Positions 26,996-41,026 of a stretch of 64,000 bases of DNA are shown in pieces. Position 1 is the stretch's first letter; every line of letters begins with the position of its first letter. The position numbers and the translations under genes are program-made. The notes under the pieces were generated by a model, which worked only from the letters and a program-made list of their open reading frames with translations, did not search any database and was not told the DNA's origin. This DNA comes from Octopus vulgaris. Lineage: Eukaryota. The stretch lies in NCBI GenBank assembly GCA_951406725.2, contig OX597815.1, forward strand, positions 205,220,001-205,284,000, written 5' to 3'.

Positions 26996-27360
26996 ATATT
27001 TATATATGTATATATATGCATATATATATATGTAAATATACACTTAAATACATATATATATATACACACACATATATATCTGTATATGTATAGAACCATA
27101 TATGTAAATATACATATATATATATATGTATAGAACCATATATATAAATTTACACTTAAATATATATATTTAAGTGTAAATTTTGAACTCTGTTATATAT
27201 ATACACAGAACCATATATATAAATATACACTTAAAAATATATGTATAGAACCATATATATATAAATATACATATATGTATATATACTACCATATATGTAA
27301 ATTTACACTTAAATATATATGTGTATATATATATATATAGTGTGTGTGTGTGTGTGTATC
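26805..27360. repeat. Degenerate (TA)/(TG) microsatellite with recurring TATAGAACCATATA and ACACTTAAA units
   Basis: Direct reading. Confidence 0.9.
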
Positions 27361-28014
27361 TATTATAAAGAATATATCTGTAACAATGAAGCCAGGCCAA
27401 ATAGTGAGATTATGAAAACATTTAATATGCACATTTCAGGATTTTTATAATATACAAATAAGAAATGTATCAATTACGTAAATCTTCTTCAGTTAAAAGC
27501 ATTTCAAAAATATGAAGAAACTGATGAGGAAAATTTCAAAATATATGAGATTCAGCTACTAAATTAGGAAAGTAGATATATATTCAGGGGAAGAGAGAGA
27601 AAGAGAGAGCTTTCCTTTGGTCTTTTTCTTTATCCCTCCCCCGCCTGTATACATATCTATCCCCTAACTTAGTAGCTGACTTACTGCTCTAATCACATAT
27701 ATACTGAGATATTTCCATCGATTTCTTTATATTTTTTTAAATGCTTTAAGTGGGAGAAGGTTTATGTAATGAATGCAATTCTTATTAAATATTACGCAAG
27801 CTTGAAACATAAATTAAACGACCTCAAAATATCACCATTTGGTTTGGCTTCATTGTTACAACTGATATGACTCGATGCCAGGACAAACTTGTCAGTCTTC
27901 ACTCCACTTATGTGGATACTCTAACAAATAAATATTTGGAGTAGTTTGTCATATTTGAATCGAGTTGAAAATTCTGGTACCATACACCGCTTATTAGCAT
28001 AACACAAACATACA

Positions 28015-28059
28015 TACTATATATATATATATATATATACACATATGTATATCTATATA

Positions 28060-28099
<40 letters not shown>

Positions 28100-28115
28100 G
28101 TATATCTATATATCT

Positions 28116-28152
<37 letters not shown>

Positions 28153-28322
28153 GTATATCTATATATCTACAATATATACATATGTATATCTATATATCTA
28201 CATATATATATATATATATATATATGTATATCTATCTATATGTATATCTATATATCTACACATATCTATCTATCTATATATATCTATCTATATGTATATC
28301 TATATATCTACACATATATATC

Positions 28323-28381
<59 letters not shown>

Positions 28382-28467
28382 TATCTATATCTATATATAT
28401 ATATATATATACACATATATATCTATATCTATATATATATATATATATACACATATATATCTATATC

Positions 28468-28499
<32 letters not shown>

Positions 28500-28605
28500 T
28501 GTATATTATGTATATATATATGCATATATGTATATATGTATGTATATATATATATATATCACACATACATACACACACACACACACACACATACATGTAC
28601 ACATG
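28015..28605. repeat. (TA)n/(TATC)n compound microsatellite
   Basis: Direct reading. Confidence 0.95.
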
Positions 28606-30802
28606 TATGACTATTACTTCTACCATTTGTCTTTAAAGACAAGATCCGTTCCCATCTGCATTGTTTATTTTACAAAAATTTTAGTTAGCAGATTATATTG
28701 GAGTTATTTCCCTTCGTTCTTTTTTTATTAGCTTTTAAACACTCTTAGAGGAACTTTTTATCTCTTAACTACAAGGACAGACTCAAAGATTTTCTACAAG
28801 CAATCTTACATGTGTAAGACCATAAAATGCTTGCTGTGTCTTGACTTTTTTAGATTTGCCCTATGACCAGCCAGTTTTGTAACATGTATCCGTTTGTTAA
28901 TAAGAGTACAGACAATCTTTCACAATTTAGACCAGTTTAAATTCCTTTTTACTTATGACACTCTTGAAGCAGTGAAATTCTATTCACTGCAACCAGCACA
29001 TTTATTTATTTCACGAAACAACACTTTATATATTTGCTGCAAGACAGCATGGATAAAAAGGGGTCTTTTGCCACTTCCAACAATGGAAAGGGTCAGGTTT
29101 TCATTCCTTTACTCACGAACGTACAGTAATGACCAAAAGACTATGATTACAAATACAAGTAATCAAAATGGGATTCCTCCAAAGGATCTACGGAATAATG
29201 TTACTCAACAGGATATGTCACAGGGAGATAAAGGAGTCTCTCTAGGCTGAGCAGCTAGTTCTCTTTATTAGGAAAAGGTAAGGTTACCTTCTGGAGTCAT
29301 GCTGACTCATAAGGGCTGGTTTCCCAGTTTCCATGGCGTATAAATTCTCCACTTGGATGGGACACTGGTCCGTCGCAGGATTATTCATTTTTGCCAGCTC
29401 ATTGGACTGGAGCAACATGAAATGAAGGGTTTTGCTCAAGAACACAACGTATTGCCTGGTCCAGGAATTGAAACCACAATCTTACGATCATGAGTCCAAC
29501 ACCCTAACCACTAAGCCGCCACTACTTCTCCACATTGAGAGGTCACAACTCTGGCACTACAGACATGCGACTAGAATGTCACAGGGAAGAATCACAAGAA
29601 GGAACCTTCAACCCACACCATGCCAAAAGACAGGAAACTTAGAGGCTGACCAAAAACAAGGCTGGCTTGATAATATCCATAGTCACAACTGGTCATGCTT
29701 GGGCACCCAGCCAATGGTAGCTTCTGATAGGAGCAAGTAGAGGAGATGCCTGAGGACTGTAGCTCACAACCTTCCCAGGAATTGTGGGTGAAGAAGATGA
29801 GATGGATGGAGGGATGAGGGGTTTCAATCAACCCGACTACCTACTCACTATATTTATTACTGGGCCTAAATAGTTAAGCATTCCACAAGCATTTCTACCT
29901 TTAATGTAACACAGTCAAATTCTGCATGATACTGCTTGTAATAAGGCTGTGCCTTCAAATTACACATACAGTCTCTCTGACAAGCTTCTACACAATTTCC
30001 ATTAATCCAACTTTTGCATGAGGTTATAGTAGAAAGTATTTGCCTAAGATGCCATGCATTGGGATTGAACCTAGGTTCTTAACCACTTGGCTGTGCATCC
30101 TTATAGGAAATTGGATGTGGTATAACATCTCCTAAGACATACACGTTGAACAAATAATAAATTTTCATTCAGAATGTAGATAAAATGCTATAGTTAGGAA
30201 TTAAAGAAAGAGTTAAGTCTTACTTAAATATACACATCATATTTATTAATCAAAGAAATAATTTCATAAACAAGGCATCATTTAGGATTTATAGACACAC
30301 ACACACACACATACAACGTACGGAAAACAGCGATAGTATTTGATACTTTATATAAAGCATGACTACCATATCTGTTTTGTGTATGTCATTATTTCTATCA
30401 CTTGGATTGTATTCCTTGCCTAACCTGAGGTTGATACCCTGTGTCGTACGACACTAGATATTGGTTATGTCAGACTATGCAGTGCCTTTGTTCGATATAC
30501 ATACATACATAAATACATGCACACCCATACATGTGTATATATATATATATATATTCAAATAAGATGATGATTTATTTTTGAACGCAGAGATGCCATTAGA
30601 ACAGCAGAAATCTTGGGTAAATCATCCTTACGAAGTGGAAAAATTTGTCAACCACCAGCTTTGTAAGGGTAATTTACGCAAAATTTCTGTTGTTCTAATG
30701 GCATCACTATATTCAGAAATATATTATCATTAAATTTGTATCTATATACATATTTCAGTGCTTATAAAAAGCAAATGTTAGTATGTTTATATTTAAACAT
30801 GT

Positions 30803-30845
<43 letters not shown>

Positions 30846-31812
30846 CACACACACACCAACATTAATTGTGAAAGCTTTAGGGTGTGATCCACTGAGATCT
30901 GTAAAAACATGCTTCTCAGAGAACAGTCATGGTAAAGCAAGAACGCCAATCAGTTTGTTGTTTTTATTCTGACACAGAAGCTTGATAAGCCACAGTTAAT
31001 GCTTTTGACTAATTGAAGGTTATATTACTTTACTATATTTTACTAATTGTACTGAGTTCTTTTTCACTCATTTCATACAACTAATGTGTGTGTGTGTGTG
31101 TTTCTCATTGAAGCTACAAAACGTCACAAACTGAGGTTCATGAAACCAATACACACACACACACACACACAAAGGAGGTGGGGAGGAGAGAGATAAATAT
31201 ATTGTTTAAAAGTTTAACTAATTGTGTAATTGGCCAGGAATGTCAGCAGCAATGTGCGTTCTATAATAGTTTGCATAACTTTATATTTAATATTAGAACC
31301 TCAAATAGTTGAGTCATTTTCTACACCAAGTTTTGAAATTATGTATGTCTTACATTTTAAGTTTCCACAAACTGATATTACTCTATGGTCAGTTCATTTA
31401 AAATGCTTGACCACAAGATTCAGCATTAAATTTGCCTCTTTCTTCTTCTATTTTTATACTGACCACCAAAGCAGATAACGTCAGTCAAAATATATATATA
31501 TATATATTTCATAACAATAACAGAGAAAAATAATTATATTTGGGGACATTCATATTAATTTCTTTCTTTTGAATTATTACAAAGACACAAAGCAGAAACT
31601 AAGCTAATGAATTTGATGTGTTCCTCTACTTTTCTCTCTTCAGCCTGTTTACATCTAATTAATGAGTCCCTCATTAACTGAACTGCATAACAAACATAGC
31701 AACATCAGTTTAATACTGTAATCAGAGTAATAAAACAATAATAGTAATAATAATGAATACTGATTAATTTTATTACATAATAATACATAATTTAGTTTAA
31801 AAAAAAAATAAA

Positions 31813-32060
31813 TGTTCCTTCTCGAGCCATGCCAGGCTCATAAGGGCCGGTTTCCCGGTTTCAGTGGCGGAGAAATTCCCCACCTGGACGGGACGCCAGT
31901 CCATCACAGGATTACTCATTTTTGCCAGCTGAGTGGACTGGAGCAGCGTGAAATGAAGTGTTTTGCTCAAGAACTCAACGCATCACCTGGTCCAAAAATC
32001 GAAACCACAATCTTACGATTATGAGTTCAACACCCTAACCACTAAGCCATGCGCCTCCAC
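31813..32060 (-). mobile_element. tRNA-derived V-SINE-like element (head type 2)
   Basis: A/B boxes, TTCTTGAGCAAAACAC, CCTGTGATGGACTGGCGTCCCGTCCAGG. Older relatives at 29285-29520-, 40110-40440- and 7000-7275-. Confidence 0.8.
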
Positions 32061-32512
32061 ACATAATTTAGTTAATTATAATTAATGTTTAATTATAATT
32101 AATAATATTTAATTTCTCTTGATCAAGCACAAGGCTGTGAATTTTGCAGAGGAAACAGTTGATTAAATTGATTCTAGTAATTAACTGGTATGAATTCTAT
32201 CAACCTGAGAAGGATGAACTGCAAAGCTGACCTAGGTAAGATTCAAATTCTGTAGGTAAAAAGTCTAATAATTACTTCTAGCTCTGGCACCTAACCAAAA
32301 TTTTTGTAAGAGGGAACAAGTTTATTAAACTGATCTGAGTTCATTACTAGTAGTTATTTTGTTTCAAACTCAGAGTGATGAAAGGCCAAGGTCAACCATG
32401 GAAGGATTTGTTCTCAGAATGTAAAGGAATATAAATAAATAGCTTTATTACACACATGTGAGTGAGAACACTTTGAGATATTTTTGGTATCTAACATATG
32501 TCAGATACTGCG

Positions 32513-32824
32513 AGCGCTGCTTCTGATTGGTCAATCCATGGTGATGACCCGAGGTCACGGTGACAGCGCTGCTTCTGATTGGTCAATCCATGGTGATGAC
32601 CCGAGGTCACGGTGACAGCGCTGCTTCTGATTGGTCAATCCATGATGATGACCCGAGGTCACGGTGACAGCGCTGCTTCTGATTGGTCAATCCATGGTGA
32701 TGACCCGAGGTCACGGTGACAGCGCTGCTTCTGATTGGTCAATCCATGGTGATGACCCGAGGTCACTGTGACAGCGCTGCTTCTGATTGGTCAATCCATG
32801 GTGATGACCCGAGGTCACGGTGAC
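32513..32824. repeat. Tandem array, 6 x 52 bp
   Basis: Unit AGCGCTGCTTCTGATTGGTCAATCCATGGTGATGACCCGAGGTCACGGTGAC starts at 32513, 32565, 32617, 32669, 32721 and 32773; copies are nearly identical. Confidence 0.97.
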
Positions 32825-32890
32825 GGCACTACTTTTGTCATTCATAAGTTACAACTAAACGTGAAGAATTTGGTTATTGGGTTCATAAAA

Positions 32891-32976
32891 TACTAAACGA
32901 GTTCCCTATGGATACCGTATTTATTACAAGCCATGAGTTGTAATAAATACGGTATCCATAGGGAACTCGTTTAGTA
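32891..32976. repeat. Perfect 39-bp-arm palindrome next to the 52-bp array
   Basis: TACTAAACGAGTTCCCTATGGATACCGTATTTATTACAA, then gccatgag, then the reverse complement. Confidence 0.95.
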
Positions 32977-33864
32977 CTCTCTATTTATGCATTTAGAACT
33001 ACAATCTACGATTTCTACCATTCCATCTGACACAATACAGATTGTAATAGTGTTACTATTACATGGCAGTTGTAAGAATTTCTAAAATGTTTTATGCTTG
33101 ACACAGCAGACCATAAGTAAGAAGACTAACAACAAGTTCCCTGAAATGTTTAATTCAAATCCATTTCAGAATCACAAAATTATGTCTTCAAGATGAAAGT
33201 GAAATCAAACAGAAATTAAAGAGAGGAGAAAGTTTTGAGTGAAATGTCAAAAAGATAAGTATTGTAACTGATCTATTTGTCATCATAACTTTCCGTCACA
33301 TGGCCTCGTGGATAGAACAAAGAAGAAATGAGAAATAGGTCTCCATCTTTTTCTGTATTCCCTTTGGCGAAGAGAGAGAGACCTGTGAAGGGGAACATAA
33401 GCCAACATAAACTGTCAACATGTCGTTCATGTTAGTCTTCTGTTTGGTGCAGAAACTGTTGTAATCTTCCTCTAATGGCAACCACGTCGAACAAACAAAC
33501 ATTCCCTCGCAGAGAGAAACCAAACAGTCAAATTTCCTGGTTAAGCTTGACTATAGAAGCGTTCCCAATGATTCCCATTCAAAATCTATGCAGTAAGGAG
33601 GACATGACGAAATATCTTAGCTGCTTAGCTTTCCAGGAATCCCATATTTGACTTCAGCACAAAGTCACGAATTTGTTAAGGATCAACCCCAGTTCATTTA
33701 TTACTAGTATTAATTTTATAGGTACAGAATGGACCAAAGACATAGTTGACCAGGGAGTGGGGACAAGGTGTTTGGAAATCAGAATGTCAAGAGTCATAAC
33801 TAAATAGTTTCAGGCATTTTACTTTGCACTACCGTATTTTTCACTTGAATTTATCCTTATCTCC

Positions 33865-33904
<40 letters not shown>

Positions 33905-34075
33905 AAATATAAATTAATTAATTTTATGTATTGGCTTATGTTTCTCATTGTTTGATTTGCCTAATAGTGGTTTTATCTCTAATTTAATATAATATGATAT
34001 AATATATTTATACTATAAAATTGGATTTAATCCTAAATCTGATTTTTCCCTGTAAGTTTGGATTTATTCCCTAAT
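33905..34075. mobile_element. AT-rich dispersed repeat fragment inserted in (TA)n; same family inverted at about 580-660
   Basis: TGCCTAATAGTGGTTTTATCTCTAATTTAATA is the reverse complement of about 582-613; both copies are flanked by TA runs. Confidence 0.7.
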
Positions 34076-35106
34076 ATATATATATACAGAGAAGGAGAGT
34101 AATTTTTTAAAAATATAATAATCCTGGTGAGAATTATTATATTTTTAAAAATGATTATTAATTGCAAAATAAGATTCATTGCTAAGTAAAAGATACTGGC
34201 ATAAAATAGAGTTGGATTAAATCATACAAATTCTTTTTCAAAGAAACTAAGTGAAAAAAATTAATTAGATTAAATAATTAGATTAAAATATGAAGGTGAT
34301 CAGCTGGATGATAATTTATAAAAGAGAAAAAAACCAATTCTCTCTCATAAATTATTCGCCAGCCTATCATCTATTATGATCTCATTATTGAACTACAATT
34401 GGAATAATTTACTATCTCAGATGTGAAATAAGGCTACCGTAACCCTGCGATCACCACAGACAGAAGAGAGACAACAAAGAGATTTATGATATCAATATAA
34501 ACTAGGGCGATACTTGATATCACGTTTATACTCGAAGACACGTGGAGGAGAAAGGATGCATAGAAACATACATACATATGAAGAGAGAGAAAGAGAGAGA
34601 GAGAGTGAGACAGACAGACAGGCAGGCAGACAGAGAAACATAAAAAGTGTGTGTAATACACATATTTATACATGCAAGCAAACATACTCGTTGAAAACCC
34701 TACCAAATTCATATACATATATGTATATATTTATCGTTGCACACACATATGTCATAGTCTTCAGATGACATTGCTTCAGTCACAGACAATGCTGATGTAT
34801 ATATAACCGATTGCTGTCAAGGCATTTTAAGCATGACCAATGTGTTTATGTTATATACATATCCCCCATATCTTTACAACTTATAACAGCATACACACAC
34901 GCACATACACACACACACACACATCTTCATGGTGAAATTCTACCTTGAATATAATTCTTTAGTTTCTTTGTCTTAAAAGAATAAATTTTGATTTAGTAAT
35001 ATTGAGAGTGATTTTAAGAAAATAATTTTCTAGAAAATTTTCTCTTCTCTTTTGTAACAGAAAATATAGTAACTAAAATAATAAAAAAAAAAGAAATTGA
35101 CTAAAT

Positions 35107-35712
35107 TTATGCACTTGGGTTTACCCAACCACCAAATGCAGCTTGAATTTCCTGAGCAACAGCAATTGTGACATGGTCAGCTAGGTCTGATCCAACAACT
35201 TGTACACCAAGAGGTAAGCCTTCTGAACTCAATCCTACAGGACACTGTGTAACTGGGAATCCCAAATAGTTGAAAATAGCCGTATAAGAGAAATCAAATG
35301 GCGTTGTCAATGGCTGGTTGTGATAAGGTGCTACACGTGGATGAGGGGGAAATAAAAATACACAGTTTTCTTCAAGAATATTGACCATTTTCTTCTTTAA
35401 AGTGTCCCCAAAAGACAGAAACATTTCATCTGTAGCAGTAGTATCCATTTTGTCTAGTAAGTACTCAGACAAAGATAGGGCAATTGCAGGTATCGTATGG
35501 TCAGATTGATATACCACCCATTTAAGGAATTCAGTAACCGGATTTATGGAATATTGACCATCGGTCATAAAGTAACAGAATGTACTTTGAGGATCATGAT
35601 CTTCAGATTTAGCAGAAAGTTTAGCACACCAGATCTCAAAGCTGTATTTCATCTGTGACATACGGACTGGTTCAACATCAGTTCCATACTTCGTTTTGAA
35701 GTAATTTGCAAC
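35107..35712 (-). CDS. FAAH2: FAAH2-like coding exon 7 (last, includes stop)
   Basis: aaag|VANYFKTKYGTDVEPVRMSQMKYSFEIW...YTAIFNYLGFPVTQCPVGLSSEGLPLGVQVV...AFGGWVNPSA*. The spliced product is 530 aa. Confidence 0.95.
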   Translation of the reverse strand, partial: VANYFKTKYGTDVEPVRMSQMKYSFEIWCAKLSAKSEDHDPQSTFCYFMTDGQYSINPVTEFLKWVVYQSDHTIPAIALSLSEYLLDKMDTTATDEMFLSFGDTLKKKMVNILEENCVFLFPPHPRVAPYHNQPLTTPFDFSYTAIFNYLGFPVTQCPVGLSSEGLPLGVQVVGSDLADHVTIAVAQEIQAAFGGWVNPSA

Positions 35713-36439
35713 CTTTAAATAAAATATTAATTATAAATAAAGATTATAAAATGTTATAATTTAATAAGACCTGAAAAGTTCAACAATACAACATTATATG
35801 ACATGTATTGAAATGTTAATAAAGAACGTGTTGCAAAGTGTGTAGGTTTTATAGAATAGTTTACAATAATTATTTACATTCCCATATAAAAAAACTCATA
35901 TTTTGAGCTTAGCAAAGTCCTCTGGCACATTGATTTCTGTTAAACCATCCAACCCATCCAAATACTGGACAACAACCTCATAAAGTCTGTAGCACTTCAG
36001 ATTGGCTCATCAGAATTCCACAAGTTTTATGTTAGCTACACCTGTTTCTTTATTACCCACAAGGGGCTAAACACAGAGGGGACAAACAAGGACAGATATG
36101 GGTATTAAGTCGATTACATCGACCCCAGTGCGTAACTGGTACTTAATTTATCGACCCCGAAAGGATGAAAGGCAAAGTCGAACCTCGGCGGAATTTGAAC
36201 TCAGAACGTAACGGCAGACGAAATACGGCTATGCATTTCACCCGGCGTGCTAACGTTTCTGCCAGCTCACCACCTTATGTTAGCTACACCTGGCAGCAAA
36301 TGTACTTCAGTCTTGATTCATATGAAACAGTTAAACAGGTGACAAAATCATCATTCCACCAGTTTCGCTATCATGTATAGTTATATACCACATGCAAAAT
36401 ACCTTCAGTTACCTCAAACTGATAATATTACCAACCCTA

Positions 36440-37480
36440 ATGATATCCCTTCCATTACTTTGAAATACTGCCCATCAGAACAAGCCCCACTTCACACTAA
36501 ACTCTTTAACTTCTCTCTTTCTCCAGGGATCTCTGATCCTTCCACCTATCAAGCAATAGCTCTCATTTCCAACATCTAAAACAGTCAATAACAATCTCCT
36601 TCTCCAATATAATGAGCTCTTAGCCTCCTCAATGACCACCAGTAATACCTCTGTAGACCCAGATCTACTGGAGATCTGCTTTCCTATGTTACCAATGAAT
36701 GGTCTTTTGCTCTTAAAGGATTTGGCAAACTATATGCAGGTGACACTACCCTTCACTCCTTAATTTTCTGCATACAGTTGTCATTCACATGCAACCTAAA
36801 CACTGCTCAAGTCTGTGCTAACTCCATGAAAAGGGGCCTCAATAGGGTCATGCCTTTTTCAACACAAGGACATAATCACTGCACATTTCAATGATACAAT
36901 CAAATACCTCAACCCCTCTAGTCTTGGATAACACAAAACCAAAACCCTTAAAGTTACCATAAATGCTGGGTCTTTTGATTTCAGATGATCCTACTAATCA
37001 ATCTTACATGCATAATATAGTAAAATCTGTATCTCAAAGCCTTACTCTTCAGGGCTAGAAAATACTTCAGCTCTGATCAACTGCTGACCCCTTACAAAGC
37101 TAAAGGCAACAATGCTCCTATATTTGTGATGCTATTGCTGCTATTCACTCAAACATCCTAGACCACATCTAAAAGAAGCCACACGAGGGATTACTATAGA
37201 CTCATTACAATTTCTGGATCAGAGACATGCTGTTTCTTCCCTGCCTATTCTACTGTAGCTTCAACAGTTTAGTTTCCTATGAAATAGCTGGTTGTACACT
37301 GCATCTTCCCAGGCCCATTGATCCCTCTTCCTCATATCAACCCAGTAAGTGTCATTCCCTATATTTACACTAACCACATTGCTTGATTCTGGCTCCTCAA
37401 AACATCGAGCCTTTGGATACCTCTTCTCATCCCACTTTTTCTGTAGATGTTGACCTACATAATGGTCCTCTTCGTCTCCC
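36440..37480 (+). mobile_element. Old Jockey/CR1-group LINE RT relic
   Basis: Fragmented peptides such as RSTGDLLSYVTNEWS and YAGDTTLH; many stops. Confidence 0.55.
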
Positions 37481-37587
37481 AAATTAACACATAAAAATAG
37501 AAATAACTATCATAAAGCCAGGGTATATACAGGTAGAACACATACAGCCTCAATCACGTTTACCTCAATGAACTTAGGCTGTGAGAT

Positions 37588-37957
37588 GGAGGCGCAATGG
37601 CCCAGTGGTTAGGGCAGCGGACTCGCGGTCGTAGGATTGCGGTTTCGATTCCCAGACCGGGCATTGTGAGTGTTTATTGAGCGAAAACACCTAAAGCTTC
37701 ACAAGGCTCCGGCAGGGGGTGGTGGTGAACCCTGCTGTACTCTTTCACCACAACTTTCTCTCACTCTTACTTCCTGTTTCTGTTGTACCTGTATTTCAAA
37801 GGGCCGGCCTTGTCACTCTCTGTGTCACGCTGAATCTCCTCGAGAACTACGTTAAGGGTACACGTGTCTGTGGAGTGCTCAGCCACTTGCACGTTAATTC
37901 CACGAGCAAGCTGTTCCATTGATCGTATCAGCTGGGACCCTCATTGTCGTAACCGAC
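37588..37957 (+). mobile_element. tRNA-derived SINE group C (head type 1, tail type X)
   Basis: GGAGGCGCAATGGCCCAGTGGTTAGGGCAGCGG...GGTTTCGATTCCC. Head shared with 42797-43093; tail shared with 7000-7275. Confidence 0.8.
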
Positions 37958-38120
37958 TGTGAGATAATCTACAGAACATTTTCAAGTGAACCCTGTTGAT
38001 ATACCATAATCCACATCACTGTCTGTGATGCATTGTTTAATGATGTAAGAAGCAATGAAAGTATAAATAGTCAACTGAATTGAATTTCAGTTGACTATTT
38101 ATAAGTAATGAATAAAGCAT

Positions 38121-38292
38121 AGGCGCAGGAGTGGCTGTGTGGTAAGTAGCTTGTTTACCAACCACATGGTTCCAGGTTCAGTCCCACTGCGTGGCACCTT
38201 GGGCAAGTGTCTTCTACTATAGCCACGGGCCGACCAAAGCCTTGTGAGTGGATTTGGTAGACAGAAACTGAAAGAAGCCCGTCGTATATATG

Positions 38293-38332
<40 letters not shown>

Positions 38333-38535
38333 TGTGTGTGTTTGTTTGTCCTAGCATTGCTTGACAACCGATGCTGGTGTGTTTATCTCCCCGTTACTTA
38401 GCAGTTCGGCAAAAGAGACCGATAGAATAAGTACTGGGCTTACAAAAGAATAAGTCCCGGGGTCGAGTTGCTCGATTAAAGGTGGTGCTCCAGCATGGCC
38501 GCAGTCATATGACTGAAACAAGTAAAAGAGTAAAG
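38121..38535 (+). mobile_element. SINE family A copy, about 30 bp from the FAAH2 exon 6 donor
   Basis: Full-length match to 1459-1830. Confidence 0.9.
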
Positions 38536-38563
38536 GATAAAATTAAATGTAATTCTGTCTTAC

Positions 38564-38662
38564 TTTGTGAACTGCTTTTTTCATTTCAGGTTGGACAGAG
38601 CTTGAAAATAGACCTCCTTCATCATTATCCATATAATAGATTTTCAATTTTTCCAAGTCAAC
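38564..38662 (-). CDS. FAAH2: FAAH2-like coding exon 6
   Basis: tttttag|VDLEKLKIYYMDNDEGGLFSSSVQPEMKKAVHK|gtaaga; 99 nt, phase 0-0. Confidence 0.92.
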
Positions 38663-39532
38663 CTAAAAAAAGAAATATATTAAATGCGTAAACAAAACAG
38701 AATCTGTAAACCTGAAAGAATATGGTTTTTTACTGCAAAGAATTGGCAAAATCACTAGTGTTTGACAAAATATCTTGTAGCTGTAGCCCTTTTCATTCTG
38801 ACAATCTGTGAAGGTTGTCCCTGCTTTACAAACAGCTACAGGTCAATCAAATGGAATCCCAGTCAAGTACTGTGGTCAATATAGCCAAATACCCACCATC
38901 ACTAAAAAATTGAGGCTTGTGTCAATACAGTTGAAATTAATATTAAGATATTAGGGTAGTGGATCAGAAAATTCAGTTTTCAATATCATACAAACATGAG
39001 ATGGGATTTTTTTTCACTGACCAACATTAAAGGCTAAAATATAAAAATAAACATAAAAAGCACCATTCAAGCGTGACCGTTACCTGCATCGCCTTACTGG
39101 CATTTGTGCTGGTGGCACGTGAAAAAAACATTCGAGCCAGTGCCGCTGGACTGGCTCCTGAGCAGGTGGCACATAAAAAGCACCATTCGAGCGTGGTTGT
39201 TGCAAGTACCGCCTGACTGGCCCTCATGCCGGTGGCACGTAAAAGCACCCACTACACTCTCAGAGTGGTTGGCGTTAGGAAGGGCATCCAGCTGTAGAAA
39301 CTCTGGCAGATCAGATTGGAGTCTGGTGCAGCCATCTGGTTCACCAGACCTCAGTCAAATCGTCCAACCCATGCTAGCATGGAAAGCGGACATTAAACGA
39401 TGAAGATAATGATGATAAACTATTCAGTGCATTGAACAAGAAATACGGAGTCTGTTTATTGCACATGATTCTTAAGATTGAAAGTAAATCACCCAAGAGC
39501 ATCAAGCTTATGTTTCACACAAGCATGATTAA

Positions 39533-39718
39533 CCTTTTACCATTTAAACCAGCGACATCTGGCCCAAATATAGTTTTCTGCTCAAACTGTTCAGATCCAG
39601 CCTGTCATATTCTAAACATAAACAACCACATCATCAAAATGTCAAAGCTAAGAGATTAATTCAAAACAATGTGAATAAGGAAGGATTACACGTGACAAAG
39701 TAATCTGAACACTAAAGG
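39533..39718. mobile_element. Degraded piggyBac-like MITE
   Basis: TTAA-CCTTTTA...TAAAGG-TTTA termini; a related fragment lies at about 55010-55085. Confidence 0.45.
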
Positions 39719-40686
39719 TTTAGTGAAACAAGTGGAGCAATAGATTTTCTGTGATGTTTCTAAATTTTAAACTTTAAAACAGCCCTTTTAGCCTTCCATA
39801 CAAAGTTCTCCAGTAATTTTTTATTCAGTCTACTGTGTACTGTAAAGTAAAAAAAATGACAGCCTGTGATGTAGAGGTTCCTATAGGAACTGTGTGTTAA
39901 CCCCATGAGTAAGCTCCCGGTGAACCAAAATTGTGCCCCAGGTTCAACTTGCAGTCTTAACTATTTTACTAACTCCACTAATGTTCATGGGAAATGCATG
40001 AACATCATAACTTCATTTTCCAAAAATCTGAGGTTAGAAGGGTTGAGAAATTATTGTAAGATATTTCTATTTATAAGAGGTTAAGCAAGTTACTCTATCA
40101 CACTAGGGTAAAAATCCCCTTCAATCATAAACAACCATGGGATTGTCCTTAGAATATTACCTCCAAGGCACAGGCAAGGTTGTTTATAGAAGACCAGCAA
40201 TCGCCCCATGTGTACCAGCCTCCCTCTCCATGCCACTGGTGTTATTCAAGGAAAAGGCAAAGGGGCCAATACAGCTTGGCACCTGTGACGTCACAACTCG
40301 TTTCTACAGCTGAATGAACTGGAGCAATGTAAAATAAAGTGTCTTGCTCAAGAGCACAACACACAACCCAGTTCGGGAATCGAACTCGCTACCTCACGAT
40401 TGCGAGCCCAATGCCCTTACCACTGAGCCATGCACCCTCATTCTATCACACTAATGCTTGATTAAATAAATAATACATTTAAAAAAATTATCATTATTTT
40501 GAAAAAAACGTTTTCATTCAAAAAAATTTTAGAATGATTTTTCAAATATGCTATCAGCAAGAAAGCTTACTAATTCTAATTAGAGCAATCCTTGTTTTCT
40601 AATTGTTATAACAAATTCATATACAAACATAATTAAAAATAATAGATGCATGATTTATAAAAAAAAGTCAATGAAAAATAAATTAC

Positions 40687-40841
40687 AGGTTCATCAAGTT
40701 TGAGTTTCTTGGCATTTTCTCCAGCCATGATGCGTAACATTGGTTTGAGATCTTCTGCATATCGACACATGGGTCCTACACACAAAAGTTCTTTCTGCTG
40801 GCCACTTGCATTAGGAAATTGGCCGTCGTTTGAGACGATTC
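40687..40841 (-). CDS. FAAH2: FAAH2-like coding exon 5
   Basis: ctag|GIVSNDGQFPNASGQQKELLCVGPMCRYAEDLKPMLRIMAGENAKKLKLDEP|gtaatt; 155 nt, phase 1 to 0. Confidence 0.95.
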
Positions 40842-41026
40842 CTAGAAACAGAATTTTGTAGCATAAATAAATATAGAATGCATTGGGAAAAAATAAAAAG
40901 GGGAAATGAATTAGCCATCCTCATCATTGCTTTAATGTACATTTTTCAATGCTTGCATAGGTCAGACCAGCTACTGGACCAAAATGGAGTGAATTGAACC
41001 CATTACTTAATAGTTAACACTTTTTT

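Noticed and set aside
27521-27560. CTGATGAG motif as a possible hammerhead
   Set aside because: No stem II followed by GAAA, and no stem I or III.
30415-30475. TAACC...GTGTCG-TA-CGACAC...GGTTA structured stretch as a possible ribozyme
   Set aside because: A hairpin is present, but I could not fit a hammerhead, twister or HDV core.
32513-32824. CRISPR-like appearance of the 52-bp array
   Set aside because: Units are contiguous with no unique spacers, there are no cas genes, and the DNA is eukaryotic.
37588-37665. tRNA-like sequences at SINE 5' ends
   Set aside because: They have A/B boxes but no complete cloverleaf, and they run directly into SINE bodies.
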